Of a DNA stretch of 54,454 bases, positions 9,228 to 21,000 are shown piece by piece. The notes below the pieces were generated by a model that was given only the letters and a program-made list of their open reading frames with translations, ran no database searches and was not told the origin of the DNA. This DNA is from a virus. Taxonomy: Duplodnaviria > Caudoviricetes. Every line of letters begins with the position of its first letter. The first letter of the stretch is position 1. The stretch lies in the IMG/VR virus record IMGVR_UViG_3300025141_000124, positions 1 through 54,454 of that record. The stretch is one strand, 5' to 3'. A program made the translations under genes and the position numbers.

Positions 9228-12200
9228 TTAATTTATTCTAAACTTATTCCTTGAAATAGCCTCAAACAATATTTCACCTGGAGAGATCGATTGATTATCA
9301 AGAGCTTTAACAAATGGGACTCTTCCTGTTTTTCCTGATTCGTTAAAGACATTAATATTAACAGAGTCAACTCCGTCTATTGCTGCGGCTGTAGCAATTA
9401 TATCAGAATAATCCACTGTGCCTCCCAAGACAGATGTATTGAGGACGTTAGATACAGCACTTATCACATTTTCAACTATTTTATCAGTATTTGCCAACGA
9501 GTTATTATTTATAAGTAAGGTTCCCTGAACGCTTATCGGTATATTTTCGGCTTCTTTTATAAGAATATCTGCAGTTATAGGCCGTACTCTCTCGGCTTCT
9601 ATAGTAGAGTTTATAATAAGCTTATTAACATTATACGAAATACTTATTCTTTCTCCCTCTTTTGGAGCAAGAAAGTCATAATCAACATTATAGGTTATAC
9701 CATTTTCCGGCTGGTTATCTGCATCTAATTTAATTGATCCTATTAGATTTCCTGTGCTTGATCTAAATCCCGAGGAAACAGATACTCGATCTATTATTCC
9801 GAATCTATTTTTTGTAGATTTGCTAGCTGAGCTTGAGAAGTATAGCTCCTCACTGGCATCAAGATTATATAGAAGTAGCTCTATTCTAACTTTGTCTTCG
9901 GCCGTCAATGATACTGCAGTATTATTGGGAGTAGATGGAATTACAAATGCATAATTATCAAGTGATGAGCTTGAAAGCGCAGTTCCAACTGAATACTCTG
10001 ATGTTTTAAGTTGAACTCCAAGAGTATCTAAAGATGTAGTTTCGTTACCATCGCTATCAAGAAGGGTTATCGCATCTATTTTCGCTATGCCTAAATTTGA
10101 CGAAAGAGTTGTTAAGCCGAGGGCAGATAGTATGTCGTTTTCTAGATCGCAAATTAGTCCGCTTATAGATACTCCTGCCGTTATGTCTAATGTATATCGA
10201 TTTAAGGTTGTGCCTGTTACTTTTATTTTTCCAGGATTTGTAATTCCAGAAACTCCAATTTTTACATGAGTTGGGCCAAATCGGCCTACAGGCACTGGAC
10301 CAGAACTGACAGAATTATCATAAAAAACAGGCTGATTAGAGGCCGAGGATCCATCTCCATTTAATGAGGTTAACCTATTTGAGGAGTCAACGCTTGTTAT
10401 TGGTAAGTTGGACAGACTAACCTTCGAATAAATAGAGCTTGTATCAATTACATATCTTACATAAACTGGCTCTTCTGCAAAATAAACCTCTTCTACTCCA
10501 TCTAGAATACCTTCTGCGTCTAATATTCCATCTGACGGGAGAACTACGACATTGTTATAAGTAGATGCATCGGAATTGCCTATGTCAAATATTTCGCCTT
10601 TATTATAATGAACAGTCACTATGTCTCCGACGCTTCCGACGGAATCTGATGGAAATATTATCGTCTTTGAATAAAATGAGCCATCATCTTCTTCCGTTTT
10701 GTATAGCTCCAAAAGATCAGAGCTTCTTTTGATAGAGATTATATTGTCAATAGATCTGTCTGATTCAGACAAAGTAATTCCGATTGTCGTTCCTCCGTCT
10801 ATTGTGCTAACACTAGCAATTGTAGCGGTAGCTAGCTCCTTGACATAAGCCGAGATGACTCTGCTGATGCCATAATCAAGAGAAATTTGAAAACTCAAAT
10901 CATCATCTGATTTTTCAATAATCGATTCTTCCTCGAAAATTCCACCACTCTGGGTCCAATCAATAACATCAACTACAGATGGGGCCTTAAATTGTGATGG
11001 ATTACCTCCAGCAAAATCAATATGTCTATCGAAAAATTTTCTCCAAGTATAATTTACGCTCAGAATATCGGCAGGAGTTGGAAGCGACTTTCCAGAAATT
11101 TTAATAACGCCAGTTCTATTCAGACCATCAGAATCTAGATTCTGATCAATAACCGAATAGACTTCTCCTGTGGTTTTGTTTTGAACCCGAGCCGCCCTAA
11201 CCATTGGGGTTTGTCTTAGCGTAATGAATTCTCGATTAGCCTTACTTACTTCTGCGTTTTCTGATGCTTCATTTAGGTCTATATATACATTGTTTATGTT
11301 ATCAATATCAGAAAATGCCAACAAATCTAATCCAAATAAAATTCCTTTTGGAATCGACTCTGCTTCAACATCTTTTCTGCTTGAAATAAAATGAATTTTA
11401 TCAAATCCAAATGGGCTTCCACCAGTCTCTGGATTTAAATCTTTTTGTAATTCGAAATTACCTCTCTTAACTCCATCTTCATCAAGAAATGCTTCAGTTA
11501 ATGCTCCAGACGAACTTCCTATAACAAACGCTACAGAGTCTGCTGGCTGTGCTGGCAAAGATCCAGTTTTAAATGCCAGCACTCTTCTTTCTTCTGATGT
11601 TCTCGTCTGATCCTGACCAGACTGGCCCAAAATGAAGTCATTTCTCTCATCGTTAATTCGCCCAACCCCGGATAGGTCTGTGAAAATATATGATTCAGAG
11701 ACTTGCTCGACTTTTCTTCCAAGGATATAAATATCTACCTTACCACCTGTTCCTGAGCTTAGAATTCTGCTAGTACCATCATCAAGTTCTAAGGTTTCTG
11801 TTCCATCTCTTAACATTAGAGAGTTTCCGGGCTCAACAACTAACGCATCTAAGACACCATTAACGCCTAGAATTGAATTTCTATATCCTGCTGAAGTTCC
11901 AATATTAGCGCCACTGAATATAGCTAAAATTCGTGATCTAAACGAATCATCACTCTCATTATTCGAGCCACCAATAGTTGACGTTAAATTTATAACAGAA
12001 ACAGCATTTTGTAGGTTTGTTTTTATTATCTGCAAAGACGCAACATTGCCAGATGTTCCCGGCCTAACGGCTTGAATAGGAACTTCTATTGCATATGTGC
12101 TATTTAATCCGGCAATATTTAAAGCCTTTCTGAGTCTATTCGCATTCGCAGCTAAACGATTTTTATCAGCCGCAGACATTACATAGTTTCCTATCGTCCG

Positions 12201-12551
12201 AAATCCTATTCCGCCTCTTGATGTATTTAATGTTCCATTTGGAATTGGTATATCAGCAACCAAACTATTGGTTCCAAAAATGAGAATGCCACTTGCTGAA
12301 GATCCGGTACTCTTTGAAACTCCGAAGTTAGCCGCCAAACGTTCCAAGTCCCTACCAGATGTTGTTGCCAAAGATTGTTTTTCTGAAACTAAATTCAATG
12401 CCGAATATAATCTTGATATTTCGTCAGCCGGAAGATCTACGAAAAGATCTCTAGATACAGATCCGGGCTTGGTATCAAGGCTTGGCTGTGAAAACCCTAA
12501 TCTCTGAATCATCGTGGATACTATTTCGCTAAATGATCTAAAAGTCGCCAT
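9228..12551 (-). CDS. Baseplate J-like wedge protein (P2 gpJ / T4 gp6 family), 1107 aa with a large central insertion
   Basis: N-terminal DTKPGSVSRDL, GRDLERLAANFGVSK, VPIQAVRPGTSGNV, GGSNNESDDSFRSRI, GVNGVLDALVV, GKVDIYI; C-terminal LGGTVDYSDII...IDGVDSV; lies directly downstream of the gp25-like gene. Confidence 0.9.
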   Translation of the reverse strand: MATFRSFSEIVSTMIQRLGFSQPSLDTKPGSVSRDLFVDLPADEISRLYSALNLVSEKQSLATTSGRDLERLAANFGVSKSTGSSASGILIFGTNSLVADIPIPNGTLNTSRGGIGFRTIGNYVMSAADKNRLAANANRLRKALNIAGLNSTYAIEVPIQAVRPGTSGNVASLQIIKTNLQNAVSVINLTSTIGGSNNESDDSFRSRILAIFSGANIGTSAGYRNSILGVNGVLDALVVEPGNSLMLRDGTETLELDDGTSRILSSGTGGKVDIYILGRKVEQVSESYIFTDLSGVGRINDERNDFILGQSGQDQTRTSEERRVLAFKTGSLPAQPADSVAFVIGSSSGALTEAFLDEDGVKRGNFELQKDLNPETGGSPFGFDKIHFISSRKDVEAESIPKGILFGLDLLAFSDIDNINNVYIDLNEASENAEVSKANREFITLRQTPMVRAARVQNKTTGEVYSVIDQNLDSDGLNRTGVIKISGKSLPTPADILSVNYTWRKFFDRHIDFAGGNPSQFKAPSVVDVIDWTQSGGIFEEESIIEKSDDDLSFQISLDYGISRVISAYVKELATATIASVSTIDGGTTIGITLSESDRSIDNIISIKRSSDLLELYKTEEDDGSFYSKTIIFPSDSVGSVGDIVTVHYNKGEIFDIGNSDASTYNNVVVLPSDGILDAEGILDGVEEVYFAEEPVYVRYVIDTSSIYSKVSLSNLPITSVDSSNRLTSLNGDGSSASNQPVFYDNSVSSGPVPVGRFGPTHVKIGVSGITNPGKIKVTGTTLNRYTLDITAGVSISGLICDLENDILSALGLTTLSSNLGIAKIDAITLLDSDGNETTSLDTLGVQLKTSEYSVGTALSSSSLDNYAFVIPSTPNNTAVSLTAEDKVRIELLLYNLDASEELYFSSSASKSTKNRFGIIDRVSVSSGFRSSTGNLIGSIKLDADNQPENGITYNVDYDFLAPKEGERISISYNVNKLIINSTIEAERVRPITADILIKEAENIPISVQGTLLINNNSLANTDKIVENVISAVSNVLNTSVLGGTVDYSDIIATAAAIDGVDSVNINVFNESGKTGRVPFVKALDNQSISPGEILFEAISRNKFRIN

Positions 12552-12559
12552 TCTTTCCC

Positions 12560-12991
12560 CTAAGCTATTCTTACTGTAACAGAGCTTTCTACTCTGTCTA
12601 ATTCTTGAGTTAATACAGAAACAAATATATTATACAATCTTGGATCAACCTTATCTCTTGTAACCTCCAGATTTAAAATATCTATTATAATCTCTCCTGG
12701 GCTAAGCGACTGCCTTCTTGCTTGCGCCCGCTGTAGAGACATTAGATTTCTTATTGCCGATCTAGCAGAAGATGTTATATCTAATGATATAAGCTTGTCA
12801 TCAGCGTGGGATCCAACCTGAAGCTTTCCAACATGACTTCCATATTTTGGATGAAATTTGTTGTCTCCCAGGTCAGTTAAGAGAATTTTTAATATATCCT
12901 GTCTTAACTTTGAGTTCCCAGTAACAGATGAAACAGTCCCATCTGTGTTTATTTTCAAATCTCCATTTTCTAATCTTAAATCAAAAGACAT
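12560..12991 (-). CDS. Baseplate wedge / sheath initiator (gp25 / gpW-like), 143 aa
   Basis: DLRLENGDL...VTGNSKLRQDILKILLTDLGDNKFHPKYGS motif; size and position just before the J-like gene. Confidence 0.85.
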   Translation of the reverse strand: MSFDLRLENGDLKINTDGTVSSVTGNSKLRQDILKILLTDLGDNKFHPKYGSHVGKLQVGSHADDKLISLDITSSARSAIRNLMSLQRAQARRQSLSPGEIIIDILNLEVTRDKVDPRLYNIFVSVLTQELDRVESSVTVRIA

Positions 12992-13073
12992 ATTACTTCC
13001 TTGTAGTTCCCTATTTTGTTATAAAAATAATAGAAATATTGAAATGAGGAAGAAGGCAAATATCTACTAAATA

Positions 13074-15005
13074 TTAGTCGTCGTACATGAATACGGCAGT
13101 TTCTTGCGTAGAAATAATCAGTCGAACAAGCTCGTACGCCTCATATGCTGCTTCGGATACCTTCTCAACAGCATTCGCCATGCTGAACTCCAAAGAATAA
13201 TCATCAAAAAATCCATCTGAAAACTCTGCCTTCATATAATCAAATTGCTTGTCCGTAAGTAGGGATAGTAATATATCTTCTGGAACAGAAAACAAAGCTA
13301 TCGTAAAAGCGAGAACGTCTATAGACCCGACGCCTTTTGCTACTCCTAAATCTGCACCAATAGCGGCCCTATCTGGATCGGCTTTTTTCGCTATTTCATC
13401 TTTTTTGGTATTTACTTCTGAAATCTTTGATTCAGCCCATCTTCTTGGAATATCTATAGAAGATAGAACTGCGCCCATTAGATGAGCATCTTTAACGGAA
13501 GATGATCTAGCTGTACCCTCCTGAAGGTCAATGGTATCAAATGATGTATTATCTCCTAGCAGAAGAAGAATTGAATCTTCTACTGTTTTTATTAAATTAT
13601 ATTTATCTAATTCTGGATCAGACTTAACCTGTTTTGTCTCTGAAGCAACATTCTCAGGATCATCTTCTTCAGCTTTAGTTGGAATTCTCTTTGTTCTTTC
13701 CTGCACAATATTCATTGAGGCAACTTTTTCTCTAATATCTAATGCTAAACCATATAATGCGGTAAATAGTCTGGCTATAAGCAGTGATTCCAATAATCCA
13801 AGCTGAGACATGACACCTTTGAACGTTATATCCTTTTGAATAGAGCTAACTGAAGTTGGAGGCTGAGATGCGCTATCAGAGTATGTTTCGTTAGTTCCGG
13901 AAATTACATCTAGTCTAATTCTTATTATTGCTTCTAAGAGAGTTGGGCGCATCCTATGCGTATTAATGGTTCTTAAACTATTTGGAAGAAATGGTTCAGC
14001 AACTATTTTTCTTGTTTCATTAATACATTTCGCAATCCGCTCGTCCTGTACTGGCGGAAACAATAAGTAGGAATATTTCCAAAAATTATTAGCTAAATCT
14101 AATCGTCTTACTGATTGATCTGGTACCTTCAATACATATTCCTTAAATAAAGTTGAAGTATTCTGAACATTAATTGATGGCTCTAATAGAAAAAGAGCCT
14201 CAGTGAGCATAGCGAGCAAATTTCTATCCGTAGCAGCATTGGCCGTTTGCCCAGGTCCAAAAAGTCCTGATAAATTAAATAATCTTGTTCTCGACGCATC
14301 TATCTCTTCTGAGTCCTCAGAAATTTCCGAAGAGACATCGCTTACTACTTTCCGGGCCAACTCTTTGGCTTCCTCTGATGTTGAATCGCCTACTCCCTTT
14401 AAGGCGGATAAAGTTTCGAGAATACTTGATAATTCTTCAGTTTTCTCAAATCCTATTTCTTCCAAATCAGCAATTGGGTTACGATTGCCTATTAGATCAA
14501 AAATCTCATCACCATATACTGTCGGCCTACTCTCTCGCCCAAGCTGTCTTGTGTCAAGAACTACCGCAGTATATCGATCTTTATTTAATCCATCATTATG
14601 CCTAACTCCATCAGAGGTCATATAAGTAAGTTTTGCGTCTTCATCAATATCGGCGGAAGATGGCATCCCAAGCATTCTGAAGAACGCATTCTCATATGAC
14701 TCCAAAACAGCCTCGGAATCTACAATCTCCTCAAAGCTTAAATTATTTCCTTCTTGGTCTGGAATTTCTTTTACTAATTCAAATGGAAGAAACGAAGATC
14801 TAATCCTTCTAAGATCAGCGAATAAAGAGCTAAAATTTTCATTAATTTCAGCAAACATCTTTACATATTCTTCGCCACTTATATTACTTAAAAATGAATC
14901 TACTTGATATTTATACTTTAGGGTGGCAAGCGCCTTGCTTAACGCTATTCCAAGAAAAGAATCTTTCTTCAAATTCTTATTAACTTTATTTAAAATATCT
15001 GCCAT
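13074..15005 (-). CDS. Hypothetical alpha-helical acidic protein, probably virion/baseplate associated, 643 aa
   Basis: Long ORF starting 1 nt after the stop of the 2521-aa gene; no family recognised; function from context only. Confidence 0.7.
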   Translation of the reverse strand: MADILNKVNKNLKKDSFLGIALSKALATLKYKYQVDSFLSNISGEEYVKMFAEINENFSSLFADLRRIRSSFLPFELVKEIPDQEGNNLSFEEIVDSEAVLESYENAFFRMLGMPSSADIDEDAKLTYMTSDGVRHNDGLNKDRYTAVVLDTRQLGRESRPTVYGDEIFDLIGNRNPIADLEEIGFEKTEELSSILETLSALKGVGDSTSEEAKELARKVVSDVSSEISEDSEEIDASRTRLFNLSGLFGPGQTANAATDRNLLAMLTEALFLLEPSINVQNTSTLFKEYVLKVPDQSVRRLDLANNFWKYSYLLFPPVQDERIAKCINETRKIVAEPFLPNSLRTINTHRMRPTLLEAIIRIRLDVISGTNETYSDSASQPPTSVSSIQKDITFKGVMSQLGLLESLLIARLFTALYGLALDIREKVASMNIVQERTKRIPTKAEEDDPENVASETKQVKSDPELDKYNLIKTVEDSILLLLGDNTSFDTIDLQEGTARSSSVKDAHLMGAVLSSIDIPRRWAESKISEVNTKKDEIAKKADPDRAAIGADLGVAKGVGSIDVLAFTIALFSVPEDILLSLLTDKQFDYMKAEFSDGFFDDYSLEFSMANAVEKVSEAAYEAYELVRLIISTQETAVFMYDD

Positions 15006-15006
15006 T

Positions 15007-18000
15007 TTAATTCTCTAATTTTGTTCCAAATGTTTGTGGAGTTGGCTTAGAAGACTTGGCACTGTTCTCTCTGTCCTTATCTCCAGATGAAGATGAGTCT
15101 ATTCCTTTTGCAAACAGAATTGTCAATATTCGATCCACTTTAGTTAGCGCTCCGGGCGCGAAAACTTCTTCTGCCTCAGCTATTGATATCGCAGAATCAT
15201 CAACACAATCTACTTTTGCTTCCAGTTCATCTGTTTCTGGGATTATTATACCCCTATCTGTAACAGCCTGAATAACTGTTGAGCAAACAGTTGCTCTAAC
15301 CTTAACAATTCCTGCGGCTGGAGCTGTAATCGCAAACGTATATTCTCCTCCATTTTTTTCGAATATACTTGCCTCATTTCCTTCAGATGGAGATGCTAAT
15401 TTTGCCCCTCCTGTATCATCCCTTAGAAAATCTATCTTAATGGAATCTGTTAGATCTAAAGCCGGAGATAATACGTCATCATAGCAGTCTCTTGGGGTTA
15501 TGTTTATAACAGCCTTACTGCCTACTGTTACAATCGCAGAATCTCCAACTCCAGATGCATACTCCATTGCTCCGGTAATTTTCGGGAATCCGTCTAGCTC
15601 TTCATCAAATTCAAGCTCATCAACAATATCAAAATTAATCAGATTTGCCAAACCCTCTTGCTCTGGATCTATAAAATCCGTAAGAGGAGTTTCGTCTTCG
15701 TCATTTAGTAACTTGAAAGATGTATTTAATGGGTTAATCACAAATCCACAGATATTATCAATTTCACCTTCGTAGCAATCTTTAAGTATGTTATATTGGT
15801 CAATAACATCGCGAACTGATATCTGCTCTGGCACATTGCCAAGCTCCAAGAAGCTTCTTACTTTGGGAATTATTCCAACTGGAACTCCATTTAAATCTTC
15901 TATCGTGCTACTAAAGTAATCCAAGAAAGCCTGAGTACACTCAGAGAGAGTTGTTATGCTATCCTCTATTGTCTCTGTGTCTGTGAACCCCGGCAGATCA
16001 AGAAGCAGCTCTGTCGGGCCAGATGCTCCGCATGCTGCGGCAATATCATCGGCTAATTGGCGCATGTCCACAATATATAGAGTCGGAAAGTCAAAGACAT
16101 TAATCGTATTGGCAGCCCTTGTTATGGCGTCAATGTCTTCGGGTGAACCTCCAACATAATTATAGTCGCCCACAGCAGTTCCATCTGCAAAAAATTCAAA
16201 AGGCTGATCAGCACTGTCTGCAATTGCATTATAATTGGCTTGCTGCCAAATTAGTATCTCTCCAGCATTAATTTCATGATCATTCTCAAGAGCCTCAAGA
16301 GAGGCGGCCTGGATTGAAGCAGGATCGGGATTCAGCTCTGCAAATGACAGGTATATTTCTCGGCCCTCTACCGCAAAAGCTTTCTTGGGCGCAGTTGGAA
16401 AGTTCATCATTTTTGCGTGAATAGCGGTTATTGCCGGAACTCCGTTCACATCCTCAACTATAATTCCCCCCTGACCAGTACCGGGTTCTTCGACAAAATA
16501 GATATTAAACTCGTCATCTATCAAGGCGATCATCGGGATTGATCCGAATGTCTTGGTCACTTCAACCGGAGTAAATTCGGCAGATAAAGTATCAGGGTTT
16601 ACCCCAGGCTCTTGAAGTTCAAATGTTACAGTTAGAGGCTTAGGCTGGTAGGTTCTAGCTCCATTTAAATCGGCCCCTCGTTCTAGAAAGAATCCTCCAG
16701 TTGTATCTTTGTCGGACGCCCCATCGATTGGAGAGACAAAGCCTATGTCATCCATATCTCCTGCTATCTTCAGGGAGTTGCCGTCTGGCTTCAAAAAGCT
16801 AGGAGGAGAATCCAATGTTTGCAAATTATCTATAGTCTTTTTGTCGAAAAATGGAGCGAAAAATGGAATAAAGGCATGCGGAGCAGTTTTCCCACTCTCA
16901 TTAAATTCAAACCAAACCATTCTCGGGTCAGGTCCTGTGAAGATTGCGAACTCCTTTGTTGATCTTGAAAACGAAAGTCCAAAAGTTCCTTCAAAGCTCC
17001 CTCCATTAAACCTTAGGCTTTGGTAATTAACGTTATCATGCTCTCCGTTTCCGTCTAAGTCTCCCTCGAAAAAGCCTCCCTCTTCAATTAAAATATTGTC
17101 TCCCGTCAGACTGCTCCTTATGCCGGGCAAAGGCCTTCCGCCAAATCCGGTATTGTCAGATACAATTTCAACACCGGAAGCTTGCTCTGATACTTCCGAT
17201 AAAATGCTTCCAAAATCAAAAATCGCTGGAGGTGTATTTCCTGCCGAACCTACGTCATCAACCGGAAGAGTAGTGTACGTTTGAGCCATAGGGAGAAGCG
17301 CATCCGGAACTATTCTTCCGGCCGGAACAACCTTGCTCATGATTAATCCGGCCAATTGAGATGGATCTATACAGGCCTCTTCATCGGCGTCTGTTTTGAT
17401 CTGACATGGGAATGCGAAGGTTAAACTTAGTAGCTCTAAGAATAGAGCTAAAACGTTAAGAATCGGGTCAAGAACAGTTAGGTCGGCCTCAAGGCTCGCT
17501 AAGTGCTCAGCAATTGTTTCTTCTAAAGCTATAATAGCAGGATAGTTCTTCTGCTCTATTGCGTTCTGTAGTGCAGTCGAGATTTCGTTAATAGCGTTTA
17601 TAATTCCAAGAACCTTTATTATGATACACAGGAGAAGCTCAACAACATGCAAGACCAATGCTAGCGCCATAGCGGGAACGGCCAGCTGAGGAAGCAACAA
17701 AATTAGATCATACAGACAAAGGAAGAGTCTTATTATTGCAAATACCAGCGCAATCGGATTTAACAAAGCGCAAATTACATCTATAATGCAGAAGATAACC
17801 TTTATCGGAACTAACAAAACCTTGAAATTTCGCAGCTGCATAGTCAGCTCTGCAGTCAGGTGGAAGGACATATCACAGAAACTTTGAATCTGCTCCTTTG
17901 GAACATTTGCCTTGTCCAAAGTTACCGACATAAACTTCAGATATCTTTCTTCTAGCTTTTCCTTAAGATCAGAAGGGGAGCCTCTTTTGCTTCTGGCTCC

Positions 18001-21000
18001 GCCAGAAATGCTACTCTCGATCTTATCCTCCAGATCTATTGCTATATCATTTCCAAGCTGCCTTGCGATCTGCATATGCTTTTCGCTAGAATTTGTTAAC
18101 GCTATTGAGATGCAGTTATCAGCGCCATATAGCGACAAACCAAGGTCTGGAGCCCTAACTTTGAATCGTTGATTAATGCCAACTAATTTAAAGCCAAGTA
18201 TTTTTAATCTTCTGCCGCCTAATTCAACCTTTGTATCCCTTGTTGCTCCGCTGGCAATAATGAAGAAAGCCTTATTGGATTTCAGTCTAAAATCAGAAAA
18301 CTTCAGATCCCCATTGGCAGAATAGCGAGCGCCTCCATCATCTTCTATTTCTATAATTTCTGGAACATTAAATTTTATTGCTGATGTTTGTCCGAATCTA
18401 AATGTTAAGGTTAATTTGAACTCAGTATTATCATCAGTCTGTTGTATAAATGATGTTGGAATTAAGGAATCTTTGTCAATATAAATATTATCAATATTTG
18501 TTCTGGTGAAATCGCTAGCCCTCGGCTCCATAGCTGAAGCACTCTGCACCAAACCATCAGCAGCCTGAGAAGCCAACTGTGTCAGACTCGACAGTTTGTC
18601 GGTCAGAGATTGTATGAGGGCAAGTCCGTCCTCCAGCAGTCCTAAGGCATCTGCGGCAGCGCCCGTGGCGGCTCCTGCGGCACTTGCAGCCGCACTAGAT
18701 GGATCTGCACTTTCAGCCGCATCGGAAGCCTCTGTGGCGCTAGCAGAAGCTGCGTCGGCAGTTGTGAGCGCCTGATTGTAGTCAGCCTGTTTTTCTTCTA
18801 TTTCTTGAATCTTTCCGTCAATATCGCTAACTTCGCCTTCTGTTGCTCCCTCTTTCTCTGATTCGAGAGCAGCCTTCTGTCTATCCAGATTCGCTAACTG
18901 CTCCTCTCCCTGCTCTTTAACTCTATCGATTCCGGCCTGAACTTCCGAAAGTGGAATCTGAGCCTCAGAATCACCTAATATATTTATCTTTACTATTTCT
19001 CCATGACTATTCTCTTTACTGGGATTAGCGTCAGAGTCGGATAAAAACATCCCATAAGTCTTTCCATCTATTTCACTTCCAAATATTAAATCAACACTTG
19101 GGTAAATTTTTATTGGGCTTGGGAACCTTAGAAAAGAAGTCGTAGGAGTAAATGCCCATTTCCCAGGATCTGTTTGGATCGGAATTGATGATAGCCCAAG
19201 ATTAGCTGGGAAAATATTTGGATATGGAGATATTTGATCATAAAAAATATACGGTATAAGTTTATTTTCTTCAGATGCCAAAATCATGGCATCCTCACTA
19301 ATAGATGGATCATTTTTAACAATAGAATCGTCTATTACCTCACCACTTCCTGAAAAGCTTACAGTTAGACGATTATATACTGTAGAGTCATAAGTAACGT
19401 TAAATCTTTTATCTTTTTTGGTTACAACAACATCAAGATATCCGGTATCCGTTATACCAGTTATATTGTGAAAGTTTGCCACAAGCTTTTCGGATTCGCC
19501 TTTAACGAATCCAAAACGATATTTAGTAATCTTCTTAGCACTTGATCCGGAACCTATGGTAAAGCTATATGATCTAGATTTTCTTGGCTCGTCGGGGGGA
19601 CCATTAAATATAACTGCCAACCGTTCTATTTTGTTATTAGTTTTTAGCTCTGCTTGATACGCTATTGGACCGCCTTGGGTTGAATCTAGCCAGTCTATAT
19701 ATTTTCCGCAGCTATCAACTCCAGCCTTACTTATATTAGAAAAAGATTGATCGGTTCCGATCCCAGCACCAGACACTCGTATTGCTAGTCCGGTAATATG
19801 TGGAGGATTAATGAATGCAGGCTTATCTTCCTCTCCCTTTTTTGAGCCAATAGGAATTATGGCGTAATTAGGCTTCTGCAAGATAGGCGTTGCATCAGTA
19901 ATTTTGGAATTACTAAGAATTATATAAGCTCTATAATTTCCACCGCTATAAGTAAGTTGATTAAATCTGCTTAAATTTAATTTTGATCCTGGCCCAGGAA
20001 ATTTTAACTTAACCCTTCTGTTGGTACCATTATTTATTCTTGAAAAATATTCAGAGCCTAACTCATACTCAAGTCCTGTAGGGATTATAAGACTAGTATG
20101 ATCAGGAGTGTCAAGAAGCGTATAAACAAGCGGAGAAGAAGACTTGGTAACCGTAGTTGGCCATCCAATATCTTCTTTTAAAATATCATTATTTTCCTGA
20201 TTATTCAGAACACCTATATAGGCATATAATTCAAGTCCTTTTTTAAAAACTGGCTTATCATATCTCAATATAATTTCTGCATTTGTTTTATCGTCCATCA
20301 ATAATGGAATAGAATCTATTTCTCTGCCAAATCTTGGGGCCTTCAAAAGATTTGGATCTTTGAAGGTAATTCTTGGGTCAGGAGCCGATGGAACATCTCC
20401 TATGACAGTTCCTTCTGACTCAATATTTATTAAAATAAAATCGCTTGTTATCCCCGTATCTAATACAATTTGTATAAAAAATTTACCAGTTCTTGTTCCA
20501 AATAGATTTTTAATTAAACTATCAGAATCGCTTGAGCTTAGGCTGAGCTGCTGGCTCTGGTATGAAATAGTTATTCCATCTGCATCAAATAAAATTCCAT
20601 TACCGGGTTCGGTTTCTGATATTGCTTCATATAAGTATATAGAGCCAGAGCTAATAGGCTCTGTCAGCTCTATTGTTAGATTTTCTATATCAGAATTCTT
20701 ATGAAGGACTGTTCCATCTTCCAGAAATCCGTCTGGAGTAAGGGAGCTAATAATAAAAGACTGCGGATTAATCTTTATGTTTTCCCCGGAAACTCGAATT
20801 ATTTGCCCATATTTATCTACGGCGTAAAGAGCAAATGAAGATACTATTCCCGGATTATACAGACTAACGCCTGCATTATTTTCTCCAAATGGTATCTTCA
20901 GGGTAATTCCCTCCTCTCCGAGGGCCGGCGAGCCTAGAGCTATCCAATTTGCCGGAATTTGGCCTATATCTGTTAAAATATTTGGACAAACAAATGCAGC

